Below are positions 1 to 12,674 of a stretch of 48,299 nt of DNA, in pieces. Location: positions 1-48,299 of the forward strand of contig JAHBMJ010000395.1 of the NCBI GenBank assembly GCA_018398765.1, in the 5' to 3' direction. The notes beneath the pieces are model-generated. The model was given only the letters and a program-made list of their open reading frames with translations. It was not told where the DNA came from and did no database searches. The stretch is from Chromera velia (lineage: Eukaryota). Numbering within the stretch: position 1 is the first letter of the stretch; every line of letters begins with the position of its first letter. The position numbers were made by a program, and so were the translations under genes.

Positions 1-951
1 TGCGGAAGGCTGCCAGAAGCCCGCGATCGAGGGGGGGGCATGGGGGGGGATTAGAACAGAAACATTTAGAGTATTCTGACCGAGCAGTGCATCAAAACGT
101 AAACTTTAAGGAAACGGGGGGGGGCGGGGCTGAAAGGGGTTAAACTTTTTGAATGTTCTTGTGAGAGAGCATGCAGGGACTGCGGCAATGTTACCTCCGT
201 TGATTAATCACATTCAAACCAACCTATAGCTAACACTGTCAGTGCCACTAATTGACGTTTAGTTTGTCTTATATAGCAATATATAGGTCGCAAAATTGAC
301 CTTACTGGCAATTTCTCTATATAAGACATTTTTAAAAAGTGTCACTCAAACTAAATTGCGCTACTATAGTAGCTGATGGATAAAAATTAAAAAGCAAGGC
401 TCGCACGGCAGTTTCAACTTTTTTTAGAACTTTTTTCAAGTTTTAGGGTAAATTGGGGTCCATTAATATTAAATAGCTTCAATACTGCTAATAATAAGGA
501 TTATGGTTCTACATCATAACAACACTTAAACGTGCAACAGATTATTTGTTTTTTGGGATATGAAATAATAGTTATACACTATTTAGTATATTGACACTCA
601 GACACTATATAATACTACATAAAAAATTCAGTTTACTACTTAATTAAGCTTAATTAACACAATACGTACAAATATCGCGGTTTTGGTGTTTTTCTATTTG
701 TGTGTTCTTGTAGGCGTTTGCGAATTGCAAAATACGCATGTCTATAGCTAGACGCGCGTGGCAGCGCGTCCTTATATGTCTTTATTTGAAGCTTGACTTT
801 AAGACCAAACCCTTGTAGGATCCCAACAGTCTTTTGCTCTGCGTCGGGTCTGTTTGAATTAGGATCCTGCGAACTTGAACGTTCTGGATATATTCATTTG
901 CAAGAAATCGGTGTAGGCCGTCCTCGATCAATGAGAACGATTATTGCCCCG

Positions 952-3900
952 TTAAGCGAGAGGGTCAGCATATGGCGGGGTTGCAAGAAAGTCTCCTTGT
1001 GGTGATGGCTGGAGAGGAGAGAGCAGGAGGGACCTTCTCCTTTCCTTTTGGAGAAGTTCTCTGCTCCTGGACTCTGAAGCCTCTGAGGACTCTGCGGGCA
1101 CCCCGCTGAGCTCTGCTGAAGCCTCTGTCTTGACGCTGTCCTTGCTGTTTCCGTCCTCCTCCAAAAAGGCTGTGGAGGGAGTGTTGCTTTCCTTGTTGTT
1201 AGGTTCAACTACCGTAAGTGCTGATTGTGCATTTTCGGTCATTGCGCTTTCTGTTTGTTCCTTCGCCTCAGTTTTCTTCTCTGTCGCTTGTCCTTCCAGT
1301 TTGTCCTGATTTAATTCCGTCTCCAACTGCAGCTGTGAGGGGGACTGCTGCTGCGAGGACTGAAGATGTTCCTCCTCATCGGGCGGCTGCACGACGGGCA
1401 GAGGATCGGACTTATCAGGAGGAGGGGGCAGTTGCAGGTCTGGGTCCTCTCTCCTGAGGATAGAGCTCTTCGAGTCGGGTGCAAAGGAGACACACCCAGA
1501 CACAGAGGGTCTCTCTGTGCGGAACATCGCCCATCCCTGTTTGACCTTCTCTGCAGAGGCCCTCCACTCTGGGTCGAACAGCTCCCCCTTGTACTTCCAC
1601 GAGGCCTTGTCGATCTCATCGTCAGTCAGAAGGTCACCAGCATCAGAGACCCAACTGCATGCATGCATTCAGTGAGACATTGCAATTATCATGCATGGGT
1701 CGTTCTACGCCGACACATGCAATACATCCTCCGTGCTTTAGATTTCTAGCTACAGACGAGCAAGACCAAGAAAGGAGACTCGACCGACAAGCGATTTCGT
1801 GTGTACTTTCACGTCAATTCATTCATGTTGTAGAATCAAAACATGACAATCGGTTGTGAGATCTCACTAAAGACTGCCACCAGGCACCCATTTACTGAAT
1901 TCAAAAAAGAAAAAAAGAGGGAGAGAGACCTAGAGAGGCACAGAAAGAAAAAGGAAGGCACTCACCCATGAATGAGATCCCTGACGTCATCCCACCAGAG
2001 AGAGCACTTCTTCTTCTGCTCCTTCGTCTTCTTTGCGGGGTTCTCAGAGATGAAACCGAAGATACGGGAGAAGATCGACTTTTCCTCTTGGTCCCTTTCG
2101 TGGCACTGGAGCCTGCAGGTACAGACGCAAACACACACACCATGCACACACACAAAACCATACAGTCACTGGCTCACCCACGTTCCCCACATACGAAACC
2201 ACACACAGAGAGAGGAGAGCAGTGCTGCCTGCTCCCTCCACCTTCTCCATCGTCCACAAAAAAGAGAATCGCCACAAGAGAGAGAACTCCAGAATGCTAT
2301 GCAATTCCAACCCCTGCAAAAAACTGCTGTCACTTGCCTGAATGCGTTTGCGTTGTACGTCTGTCTGGCCACGTTGAGTGCCGCCTGCTTCCACTCTTGT
2401 GCGAGTGACCCCTTGCCCGCCTTCTCCAGTTTGTCTACGAAGTCCCACGCCCTGCACAGGGAGGGACACAGACGGGGGGGACAACAATGCCTGGATGCAA
2501 CTTCAAGAAAGGAGACGGATAAAAGACTCAGCACAGAAGCAGAGTCACAAGAACACAAAAACGAGGGCAGAAAAAAGGGGAAGGCTGGAAGAAAGAACAA
2601 AAGCTTTCGGGACTGCGTTCCTTTCCGTTTTTTTTCTCTTTCTTTTTTTTTTTTTGCTCCCACAAACTCCACCCAGACCATCTGTTCCATTCAACCAGCA
2701 GCAAAACGTTTGACTCATCACTGATACCGCATATATACATGACCCCCCCCCCTACCTATGAAGAATGACGGTGTCGAGATGGAACTCCGCGTGTTCAACG
2801 AGCTCGAGAAGGGGGAGCTCCTTCGCAGACCTGCGGGAGAACGGAGAGAAGGAAAATGCATGCCTGCCTCTCCTCCCGTGGTGTTCGTCTCCCTCAAGTG
2901 CGATGTGATGGAGAGAGTACTGTTCTATTTTTCCTCTCTGAATGAAAACTGGGGGCAGAGAGGGAAGTTCTGAATGGAAATTAAGTCACAGACAGGCCGG
3001 GCTTCTATGGGTAGATAGACACAAATCCAGAAAGATAGACAGACACGCGGCCTGTTCGGGGAGGGGATCTCCAGGTTCCCACCTAGGCCTTCATTCATTC
3101 ATTCACTCACTCACTCACTCATTCACTCACTCACTCACTCACTCACTCATTCATTCATTCACTCACTCACTCACTCACTCACTCATTCATTCATTCATTC
3201 ATTCATTCATTCACTCACTCACTCACTCACTCACTCACTCATTCATTCATTCATTCATTTATTCATTCATTCATTCATTCATTCATTCATTCATTCCAAC
3301 CGCACTGGATCTCTGCTTAATTTTGCACTGCTTTGGCTGAACGATTGAACTCCACTCAGACTTTCCTGGAGGAGTGTTTCTTTTTCTCCCTTCATCGCCG
3401 GCTGGTCTACATCACGGTCTACCTGCCTTTCTAAACTACCACCTTTCCAACACACAACCTGACGGACGGACGGACGGATGGACTGACTTTCGAATCCACC
3501 CAAAGAAAGTTTTGAAGATAGGAGCCACCAGGGAAGGGAGGGATGTTCGTGGCTTCTGATCTCCCCAGAGTTCCTCAAAAGAGGGACAGCGAACCTTGGA
3601 GGCCGCTCGCATGCCCAGCGCCTCCCTCTTCAACACATACCGGAGTCTCAACAGCACACACCTCTCCTTTGTGCCCCGTGGACCCAGACGGCTACCCCCC
3701 TTCTGTGTTTGCTCTAGAGCGCGTACGTACACCTTCGCCCATCCTGCAGCGACCTCTGCCGCCTTCTTTTTGAACTGGAGGTCCTCTGCGGAGGGGGGAT
3801 TGCGGGGGATGAGTGCGAAGGCGTCGAGTGCCTGTACGAAGGTTTCGAGAGGACCGTCCAAGCCCGATCGGGGTCTCTCGAGAACTTTCAGGACCTTGTC

Positions 3901-4074
3901 ACCCTCCAGAAGAACTAAAGGGTCCCTGCCTATATCCTTCCATACATTTACACACACGCTGCTGTGATGAGGCGCTGTAGATGAGGTGTCTGTTTCAAGG
4001 TCCAGGTCTGCATGGCAGAGGTTTGCGATGGCAAGGAGGAAGATCACTTCGAACAGAATCCTCTTGGCGTTCAT
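952..4074 (-). CDS. Hypothetical secreted protein, 5 exons, about 541 aa
   Basis: Model complement(join(952..1654,1966..2112,2338..2451,2756..2830,3488..4074)) = 1626 nt, open to TAA, all four introns phase 2. Intron 2113-2337 needs a GC donor (AG|GCAAGT). The N-terminus MNAKRILFEVIFLLAIANLCHA looks like a signal peptide; the C-terminal third is acidic, Pro/Gln/Ser-rich low complexity. No family recognised. Confidence 0.75.
3090..3296. repeat. Compound (TTCA)n/(CTCA)n microsatellite in an intron
   Basis: Directly visible tetranucleotide arrays. Confidence 0.95.
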
Positions 4075-5509
4075 GTTCAGATCAGTTCTGGTCAGAGCGA
4101 GATGAATTGATGTTCTTTTATGTTGCTATGGTTCGACAACCGCTCAGTTTCTTCTTATTCACAAAGCATCGAAGAAGTCCCTTCACAAGGACAAACAAAG
4201 GTAAGTCGTTTCAAGAAAGAGCATGTACCGATACAGACTGATTCAGACAGCCAGTGTCCCTCTTCGTTCCGACAGACCGCTTTTGCTGCACCGAGAGGAC
4301 CACCAAGCTCTTGTTGCCTTTTCTGTAAAGTGTGCCGCTTTTCAGTTCAATGACCTTCGAGTGCGGTACTAAGGCCGTGCAGGCAGCACGACTTGTTCTA
4401 TCACCCAAAATAGCTGCATGATTTCGACCGGCCGTCACGCGGAGTCTGAATGATCGACGACCGCCGGCCAGCTCGTCCCCGGGCCCGCCAAGAAAGGTTA
4501 CGAAGGGCCGGCGCCCATCTGCAAAAAATCGTGTAGCTTCTGCATGCTTCTCCCACTTAGAATTGAATTGGGGCAGTTAGGCTGCACAGGCACGACCTCT
4601 ACAGAACAAAACGGCGACTGTGCTCTAGGGTACCGAGACCACTAAATCACTTATCATTGTGACAGATAGACATAGCAGGAAGGCCTTAGGGTGGAACATA
4701 TCAATCAATCAATCAATCAATCAATCAATTAAATTATCACTTAAGAGCACAAATTACCAGAGGAATTATAGGCCGGTTCAGGCCGGTATACGAGTATCCA
4801 TAGTATAAAAATCTATCACTAACTCTAAAAATGTTTTAGAAAAAACATCCATATCATTGTTGGTCTGTTTATTTTTTTAAAAAACCATCGTTTTATAAAA
4901 ATTATTCCAAGTCAAATTGATTAAAACCTAGATTCTAAAAACATCACATCTGGCAAAAAAATTAAAACAGTTGAATGCTTGTAAGCGGTTGCCACGTACT
5001 CCAAATTTGGACTTTGGCTAAGGGCTTGAGGCTTCCCGTCGTGCTGAGATAGCCTCTGGAAAGGTCTGTCTAACAACCTGACTGCATCTTGTCACCACTT
5101 TGTTCTGTCCATCTCATGCAAATACACATACAGAGGCCTCCCCTCGATCGTTCAGAAAACTCCTCCGTCTTCAATTGTGCAAAACACAGGGAGAAGCGCC
5201 TCACCCCCCCCAAGCTGCTGCAAGTCCGAGAAAGGGGAACCCTACTCCCCCCCCCCCCCNCCCCCCCCCCCCTCCACCCCCACCCCGTGGGCCGTTCCGC
5301 TGGGCGAGGAGGGGCGTGAAGAGGACCAACAAGCTGACTCTCACAGCGCGACATGAAGGGAGGAAAATCCAAGAGACCGGTCGGGAGCAGGCCGAGTGCC
5401 TTCCTGTATGAGTGCACACCTGCTCCCCCTGTTGCCCCCTCCCATGCAGAACCTATTAGACCACCAACGTCTCCCACAGAACCGCCTTCCACCCTGTCTG
5501 TCGAGGGAT

Positions 5510-5837
5510 CTACTCCTTGTACCACTTCTTTGCGTGGGCAGCGTAGGTCTCTGCAGACACGGCAGAAAGGCATTTGCATGCATGAAGGGCACATGGTTTT
5601 TGTCTCTTTTTTGAATACGACTGGGAAGCGCGAGTCCCTGAAAAAAGGAGAGAGGGAGAGAGAAGAGAGGAGGGGGGAGAGTTGGAAACAGGAAGAGAAA
5701 GAGAGAGAGAGAGAGAAAAAGACAACGGAGGGGATCGAATGCCCTCAACATGCATGCAGAACTCAAGAATGCATGGTTGATACTCGATTGCCATATCACA
5801 CACAAATACATACACCACGACAACACACCACACACCC

Positions 5838-5876
<39 letters not shown>

Positions 5877-6449
5877 CCACCTGGCGACACAGCCTCCACC
5901 ACAATGGGCATGAACCCGTGGAGGGCCCCGCAGAGTTCCGAGCACTGCCCGTAGAAGACCCCCTCTCTCTGGATGAATGTGGTCACCTTGTGGAGCCGTC
6001 CTGCATGATGGATGGTGGTTCGCGTTCATTCGTTCATGCATCGAAGTCAACTGAGACTCCAAGGTCTCTGGATAAAAAGATAAAGAGGTCGTCGTCCAGA
6101 GATGTGCTCGACTTGATCGTCAAAGCGGGTTGCAGATTAGCACAAATGGATGGGCAAACAGAAGAGAAAAAAAAGGAAGAAGAAGAAATCAGAGTCGTCT
6201 CCTCAACACCTTTGTGTACACGGTGCGCATGGTGGCTGCTTGTCTCCTCTCCTGTACTCATGCGCTCTTCTCTCAACAAATGGTGAGCCCAAAAGCGCTT
6301 CTTGTTTTCTCTTACAGTGTGCATGCATACTCACCGGGAATGCCGTCAGCCTTGATGCCTAGTGATGGTACTGCCCTGCACAGCCAAACACACATACATA
6401 TATGTATACACACATATATACATACATACATGCATACATACATACATAC

Positions 6450-6485
<36 letters not shown>

Positions 6486-6486
6486 C

Positions 6487-6536
<50 letters not shown>

Positions 6537-6550
6537 TACACAGACACACA

Positions 6551-6610
<60 letters not shown>

Positions 6611-7500
6611 ATAATAATAAACTCTTTGTGGAACTTCGTCAGTCGAGAGAGCATAATAATAAACTCTTTGTGGAACTTCGTCAGTCGAGAGAGCATAATA
6701 ATAAACTCTTTGTGGAACTTCGTCAGTCGAGCTGCAGTCTTACGGTACGGTTCTGCAGATACAAGAATCAAACACGGGTCACCGAGGCGTGCAGTTCTTG
6801 CAAAAAGGCATACAGAGTCCCGCGAGAAAAGCCAACACAGACAAGCTAGTGGACAAAGGGCAGAGAAAGGCTAGGAGAGAAAAACGACCCCACAGACTGT
6901 CGACTCAAAAGGCCGCAGAACGACTAGCCAGACGACAGTTGGGCCCATGACAATACAACACAGAACGGCAGAATACGGATGTGAACGACTGATCGTCAAC
7001 GCTTGTCTAACTCACCAGGAGTGAATGACATCTGTTGAGGTGATCAGGAATCTGATGTGCGTTCGTGTGGGAACCGTCAACCGCTTGTCGACCTCCACGA
7101 GTCGAACCATTCCTGCAAAGCCAAAAGACGAAAAAGAGATTTCAGCCTTTTGGAAGAAATCTTATGCCCAGTGCATGATCCCTCCCCCCCTTCTCTTTCT
7201 CTCGACTTGCCTGGTTGCAGATCCTCATCTGACACCATATTTGACTGGAAGACGTAGTAACTGGGAATGGGAGCGCCATCCAGGTACTTCTGGGGGGTCG
7301 CGTAATCCTCAGGCTTTGTGTTCTTGACTTGGGGAACTGGCAGCTCCTCCTTGGCGGAGAGTGTGGAGACCTGAAATGGGGAGACAGACAAGGGTGAGGT
7401 GCAGGGAAACCACAGATAGAATCCTCAAGCAGAAAGAGATCAAGCAACCTACCGGTGCGGGAGTCTCCCCCTCCTTCTTCCCAAAGAACCAGGAGAACAT
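5510..7500 (-). CDS. cox2b: Cytochrome c oxidase subunit 2b (nucleus-encoded C-terminal CuA half of split COX2), 6 exons, 168 aa
   Basis: Model complement(join(5510..5550,5881..6000,6335..6375,7016..7112,7211..7370,7453..7500)) = 507 nt. Translation includes [65 protein letters not shown] and the CuA motif [19 protein letters not shown]. No transmembrane N-terminal half. Intron 7113-7210 is GC-AG. Confidence 0.96.
6390..6604. repeat. (AC)n/(ATAC)n/(AG)n microsatellite block in a cox2b intron
   Basis: Directly visible. Confidence 0.95.
6605..6730. repeat. Minisatellite, 3 identical copies of a 42-bp unit
   Basis: Unit GAGAGCATAATAATAAACTCTTTGTGGAACTTCGTCAGTCGA, head-to-tail with no spacers, inside cox2b intron 6376-7015. 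Confidence 0.95.
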
Positions 7501-8206
7501 TCTCTCTTCCTTCAACCGGCCTGAAGTCCTTCGGTCTGCCCTCCAAAAAGAAATCGGTGGGAAGGAAGCAAAAGAGGGGCTAGACGATCAAAAGGTCCAA
7601 AGGGACCTGCCCCGTCCAGCTCAATTAACAGGTCTTCAGCTAAATTCACTGCACACTCCCCAGACAACCGTGGACGGCCAATCAGTTCTCAGGACGTCGC
7701 ACCTCTACAGTCGCACTCGAGCCTTTGAAGCTGTATACGGTTTCTGACAGCACAACGCAAAGTCTGTTTGTGGTTTCTGTCAGCTAGAGTCAACGATGTC
7801 AGAGGTGGTCTGATGTACTGTAGCTCGGTCAGTGCTCGAAGGCATGTGCTCGGAATGTGCTCGGCGGCTTGGCAGACTGAGCTTTTGCATGAGTGTGTTG
7901 AGTTCCAGGATGGCTGACTGTCACTTTTCTGTTGACTCATCCAAAAACAATCCTTTTCGCGAGATGAGAAAATCTGATAAGTCAGACAGGGCCTTGGGCC
8001 TCTGGCTAAAGTTTTTGTAAGTGCCTTATCAAAAGTGCATGTCCAGAACAAGTGCAAACGACGGTGTGACCAGACTGACACACTTTGAGTTCATGAATTC
8101 TATCCCTCCTCCTCTCCTCAGCTATAGCCGCCGTCACAGCAATACATAGAGCTCGGCTGAGTCTCAGAAGTATCTTTACGCAGCGCTGTCTGGATAATCG
8201 ATCGAG
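7501..8206. promoter_or_regulatory. Putative bidirectional promoter/5' UTR region (cox2b and TPR gene head-to-head)
   Basis: Divergent ATGs at 7500 (-) and 8207 (+), about 700 bp apart. Inferred from gene geometry only. Confidence 0.5.
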
Positions 8207-11200
8207 ATGGGTGGGTGGGAGACGGCGTTCGTGTCTCTGGCGGCTCTGTGGCTACACGGAGAAGCTACCCGTCTCCGGTCTGCCCCCGCCTTCTTCGCCC
8301 CTCCTGATGTCTCATCGGGACTCTCTGTCAGAACCCCCGTGTCTCCCGTCTCCACATCCTTTCACACGTCGGCAGAGACGCTCAAAATCTTGCAGACTGG
8401 CCCTGCGAGTGCACAGGCCCGACTGCCCCAGTCCGTCTCTTCCTTCCTTCTCTCTTTCACAGAACCCACGAAAGATGAAGTCACCCTTCTGAACCAGGCC
8501 ATGGCGGGATTCAAAAACACAGACGCGGGATCGGAAAAGAAACTGTCGGATGCTATTGATGTCTGGCAGAGCACAAACAAGGCCCCTGATGAGATCTCTG
8601 CTCTCTACAAGGTAATTGAACAACCCGTCTCCAAGCGTGCTGATTCATGCCGTCTCCGACATTCTTTGGGAGTCCCAGGGTATCTGACTGCTCCCACAAC
8701 GCACCACCACCTCTCAACTGTCACCAAACACTCACATGTCTAGCGCGCTCCCGTTTTTCTTTCTTTTTTATATTGATTGACTCTCTCTCGCATCCTTCAA
8801 GTCCATCGCCTTCCTTCCATGACACCCACTGTCTCAGTGACCAACCACACCTTTCGAGACCCCTGTGTGACCTCTAGCAGGGACCCGTCCTTCCGCTCTT
8901 CAGGTGCCCCTCTCCTACGGGCCGTCTGCTGCCTGCTACCACTCTTCGCTTCTCTCTGTCCAGCCTCACCCTGCCCACCTCTCTTCCAGGATACTTCGAC
9001 ATCCCAGCTCCCGTTCTCTGTACCTCTTCCTCTTTTCTTTTTTGCTGTGCCGTGGGACTGTGTGCTGCTCACGACAAACCCCTGTGTACCCACTCCACAA
9101 ACCCACCCACAACGGTGCCTCTGCCTGCATGCAGCTGCGGGGCCAGATGTTCCTCTGACTGTATTTATGCATTTGTGTATGCATTGATGTATTTATGTAT
9201 GCATGCACCTCTCTCTGCATGCAGCTGCGGGGCCAGATGTTCCTCCGGAGGGGTGAGGCAGAGAAGGCGCTGCAAGACTTCAACAGCGCCGTGTCGTTCA
9301 TCTACAGACCAGGGTCGAACCCGGACCCTGAGGAGATCCCCTCGACCCTAGTCTTCAGAGCAGAGGCACAGAGACAGACGGGCGCACGGAATCTAGACCT
9401 GGCAGAGAAGGTCAGTCAGCTGGGGGGAGGTGAGAGGCAGAGAAGCGAATACAAAGTCGAATTGTGTGGACGGAGTTTCATGTTTAAACCTCGTGTAGAG
9501 CCAGGTGGGGGGGTGTCTGCTTCGCCTTCATTTCGAACAGTGGTGTCAGACAATGAGACCTTCTTCTTTTCCTCTGCTTCTCTGCGGCAATGTCCGTCAC
9601 TCTGTCTGCCCGCATGGCTGATTGTATCTTCCCAACTTGAAAAAAGTACATCCAACACACTCAACCAACCGACGAAAACCCTGCTTGCTTGCTTGCTGAC
9701 AGGATCTGAACGATGCCCTCCGTCTGATGGCCAGTGGTGAGATTCCTCTTGTGACTGACCCCACCACTCTGGAGCCCTTCACGATGAGCACAGAGAGCGC
9801 AGACAAGCTCGCGTCCTCCAAGAGATTCGCAGAACTGATGGAACAGACGCAGGTCGGACGACAAAGCACAAATGAAGTACCAGCATCTAAACATTTTGTC
9901 TTCTCTGGTCTCCTTTCAATTCTCGCCCCGTCTTTGAGTTGTTCTCCTGAGAAGCGACTGCCGGGGTCCCGGCCGAAGCGTCGATTGCTTCACTCGATTC
10001 CTCCAGAACTCAAAGGAGGCAGGGATCAAGGAAGGCGGGGACTGGAGGGAGGAAATGGACATTTGAAATTAAGCGGAATTGATTTGCACTCTTCGTTGAC
10101 GCATTTGCATAACGCAGATGCGCATTATGTGTGCCCCTCGATCCATTGCCCTGGCTGCTTGCCTTGCCTGGATGCAGATCAACGTCGACTTCCCTCCCCC
10201 AACAAGGGAGGCTCTTCGAAGAAGGGGACAGCTGCGTCTTCTTCAAAGCAAATTCAACGAGGCCAGTCTAGCGATCGTCTGAAGAAATGCACATGCACAT
10301 GACGCATGCATAAACAGTCTGTGAGGATGGATGCATAGATAGATAGATGACCTAGAGAGGAGAAGAGAGACCCGATTCCCTCAGATCAACTGCATGCCTA
10401 TCTGCACTTCGGTCCACACTCACACCAGGGACACAGCCTCAAACATTCTCATTCTTTATTTCTGACTCTTTCTAGATTTTTTGCGAGAACGACGCCCGAG
10501 AGTTTCCTGATTCAGCTCTCCTTCGAATGCATTCTGGCGGACGCAGAGAGACGTGTGTGCAGATGTAGGTGAGTTTGTAAGCACTATGTCTGCATGACAT
10601 TTGAGTGGATTGTTGAGTGTGGATGTAAAGGTATGAGGATGCATGTGAGGGCGAGTATGTGCCCCCTTCTCGGTTTCTGTGTAAAAGAGGACACATGAGC
10701 AAACAATTAAGTCTCCTTTTCCGATTGACTTCCTGGTGGCCTCACGTCTCTCTCTGCAGGCTGCTGGTGACTTTTCTCTCTACATAGCCTCAGCCCTCAA
10801 TGCAGGTGGGTTGATGTATACACATATTTTTTTCCCATCTATGCATTCATTTTCTCTATACATAGAAATTCTCTCTACACAGCCTCAGCCCTCAATGCAG
10901 GTGGGTGGGCTGACGGCCTCTCTGCGTGTTTCCATTAATGGCACTTTTTCTGTGTCGCCTTCCTTGCATCTCTCTCTCTCTCTGGCCTTTCCTCACTTAC
11001 CGCATGCAGGCACCTGCCTGTCTGTCCGTCTGGCTATCGGTCTTTTTATCACTTTCTCGTTTTTGTGGCCAGTGCGCTTTCACCAGCTCGGCGGCTCACA
11101 CTCTGCACTTGTCCAGTTTCGTTATTGCAGTCCTTTCGTGCGCATTGATAAAGTACCTGCGTTTTGTGTGATTCGGTTGAGAGGGTTCTTTCTTCTACCA

Positions 11201-12674
11201 TTCATTTGTTCATTCGGGAGGAGTCTCGTTGCGCCAACTGTCTGCAGGTGATGGTGTGAATGCGGAGAGCACGAGGGCAGAGCTCGGGATGGCTCTGTGG
11301 GGACAGGGAGACGTTAGCGGGGCAGAGAGTCAGTCAGCCTGTCTGTCTGTGGGGACCAGTCGCGTCATCCCTTTTTCTTCTATCAACTCCCGTGCTTGTG
11401 CTTGGGCTACACGTCAAGCGCCTGCCTTTACAAACTCGTCCATGCAAAGGTGTGCGTTGCTCACGCTCGTTGAGGGCATCTTTGCTGTTGTGGAAAGAAC
11501 GCATTTTAGTGCAATGACATCAGAAGAGAGCTGCCTGACATTTGTGTCATTCGTGCGTGCAGGGCAATGGCTGTTGATGGTGAAGAACACCCCCTTACAG
11601 AAGGCGTCGGATCTCGGCATTCCAGCCCTGCAGGTAGGTGCGTTTGTTGTCTGGGGGGGGGTGACATGCAGAGGGAGCCTGGGGGAGGAAATTAATGACA
11701 CATGGAGACAGAGACATGCAGGGGTGTAGAGAGAGAAGCTAGCAAGGGGGCTGACATGCCGACGAAGGAGGGTGAGAATAGATAGTGTGTGCTCTCTTCT
11801 GGGTGCAAAAAAGGTCTCCTTTTCGCTTCATGAGTGTTTTTTTTCTCGTCGCCTTCGACGGACGCCTGATGTCAAAGGCTCGGGCCTTCTGTGTTCGTAA
11901 AGTGTGGATAGCCTCATCTGTCCGTCTTTCACTGCCCGACAAGATTCCTTGTGAGAACCTTTTCTCCTTCCGTGAATGCAGAGGCTGTCTCTCCGAGAGG
12001 CCGAAATGCATGCAGCCTTGGCTGGCCACTTTCAACAAATGGGGGTCAGTCTTTAGTCCGCATTCGAGCTGGGCGGGCAGGCAGACAGTCAGGGAAACAC
12101 TCACTCATGTTGTTTGTTTGTTTGTTTCCTTGTTTCTTTGTTTGTTTGTGACTCTCATTTCCCGTTCCAACTTCGTCGTCGTTTTATTCTGCCAGAGTTC
12201 CTCTTTTGATCGATGAGGGTCCGTCCGTTTGATCTGTTCTCTTTGCTGCGGCAACCTGTCTTGTTAGGAACAGAGAATACTCTAATAAATAGAGGCATCG
12301 TTGTGCATACGCCCCTGGTGTCTCTCTTCATATGCACGATGTTGCAGCGTCCTGTTGTGGCCAGGGGAGAGCTGCAGCAGGCGTGTGAGAGATTCCGGGC
12401 CTCCAAGACTGCAGCACGGAACGCCGCGAAGAAGCTGTCAAGTGGGGTTGAGGACTCGGGGGGGGCAGCAGTGGACGCCTTCTTGCCCTTGTGTGATGCG
12501 ACCTTTCCGGGGGCCCTTGCTTCCGGGCTTTCGTCTTCAAAACTTCAGCAGCAGGCCTCTGTGGAGGTACGGCGGCAGTCTCTGGACTCAGTGGCCAAGT
12601 GGGTGGGAGAGGAGAGCGGTTGGCCCGAACGGTTAGTAGTTGCATTTAAAGGTTTAGTCAAACAAATTGTATGA
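8207..12674 (+). CDS. Tetratricopeptide-repeat protein with bipartite (signal + transit) leader, likely plastid-targeted, 9 exons, 470 aa
   Basis: Model join(8207..8611,9225..9410,9703..9852,10178..10261,10760..10805,11248..11328,11563..11633,11982..12044,12348..12674) = 1413 nt, open to TGA. TPR motifs: LYKLRGQMFLRRGEAEKALQDFNSAV and EALRRRGQLRLLQSKFNEAAGDFSLYI. The hydrophobic N-terminus is followed by AFF and a Ser/Pro/Thr-rich stretch. The C-terminal WVGEESGWPERLV resembles the WV...WP tail of cyanobacterial/plastid TPR proteins (from memory). Intron 10262-10759 needs a GC donor. Confidence 0.8.

Noticed and set aside
751..770. Hairpin GACGCGC-N6-GCGCGTC next to CTAG as a Helitron 3' end
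   Set aside because: Spacing to CTRR is atypical, and no 5' TC end or second copy is visible.
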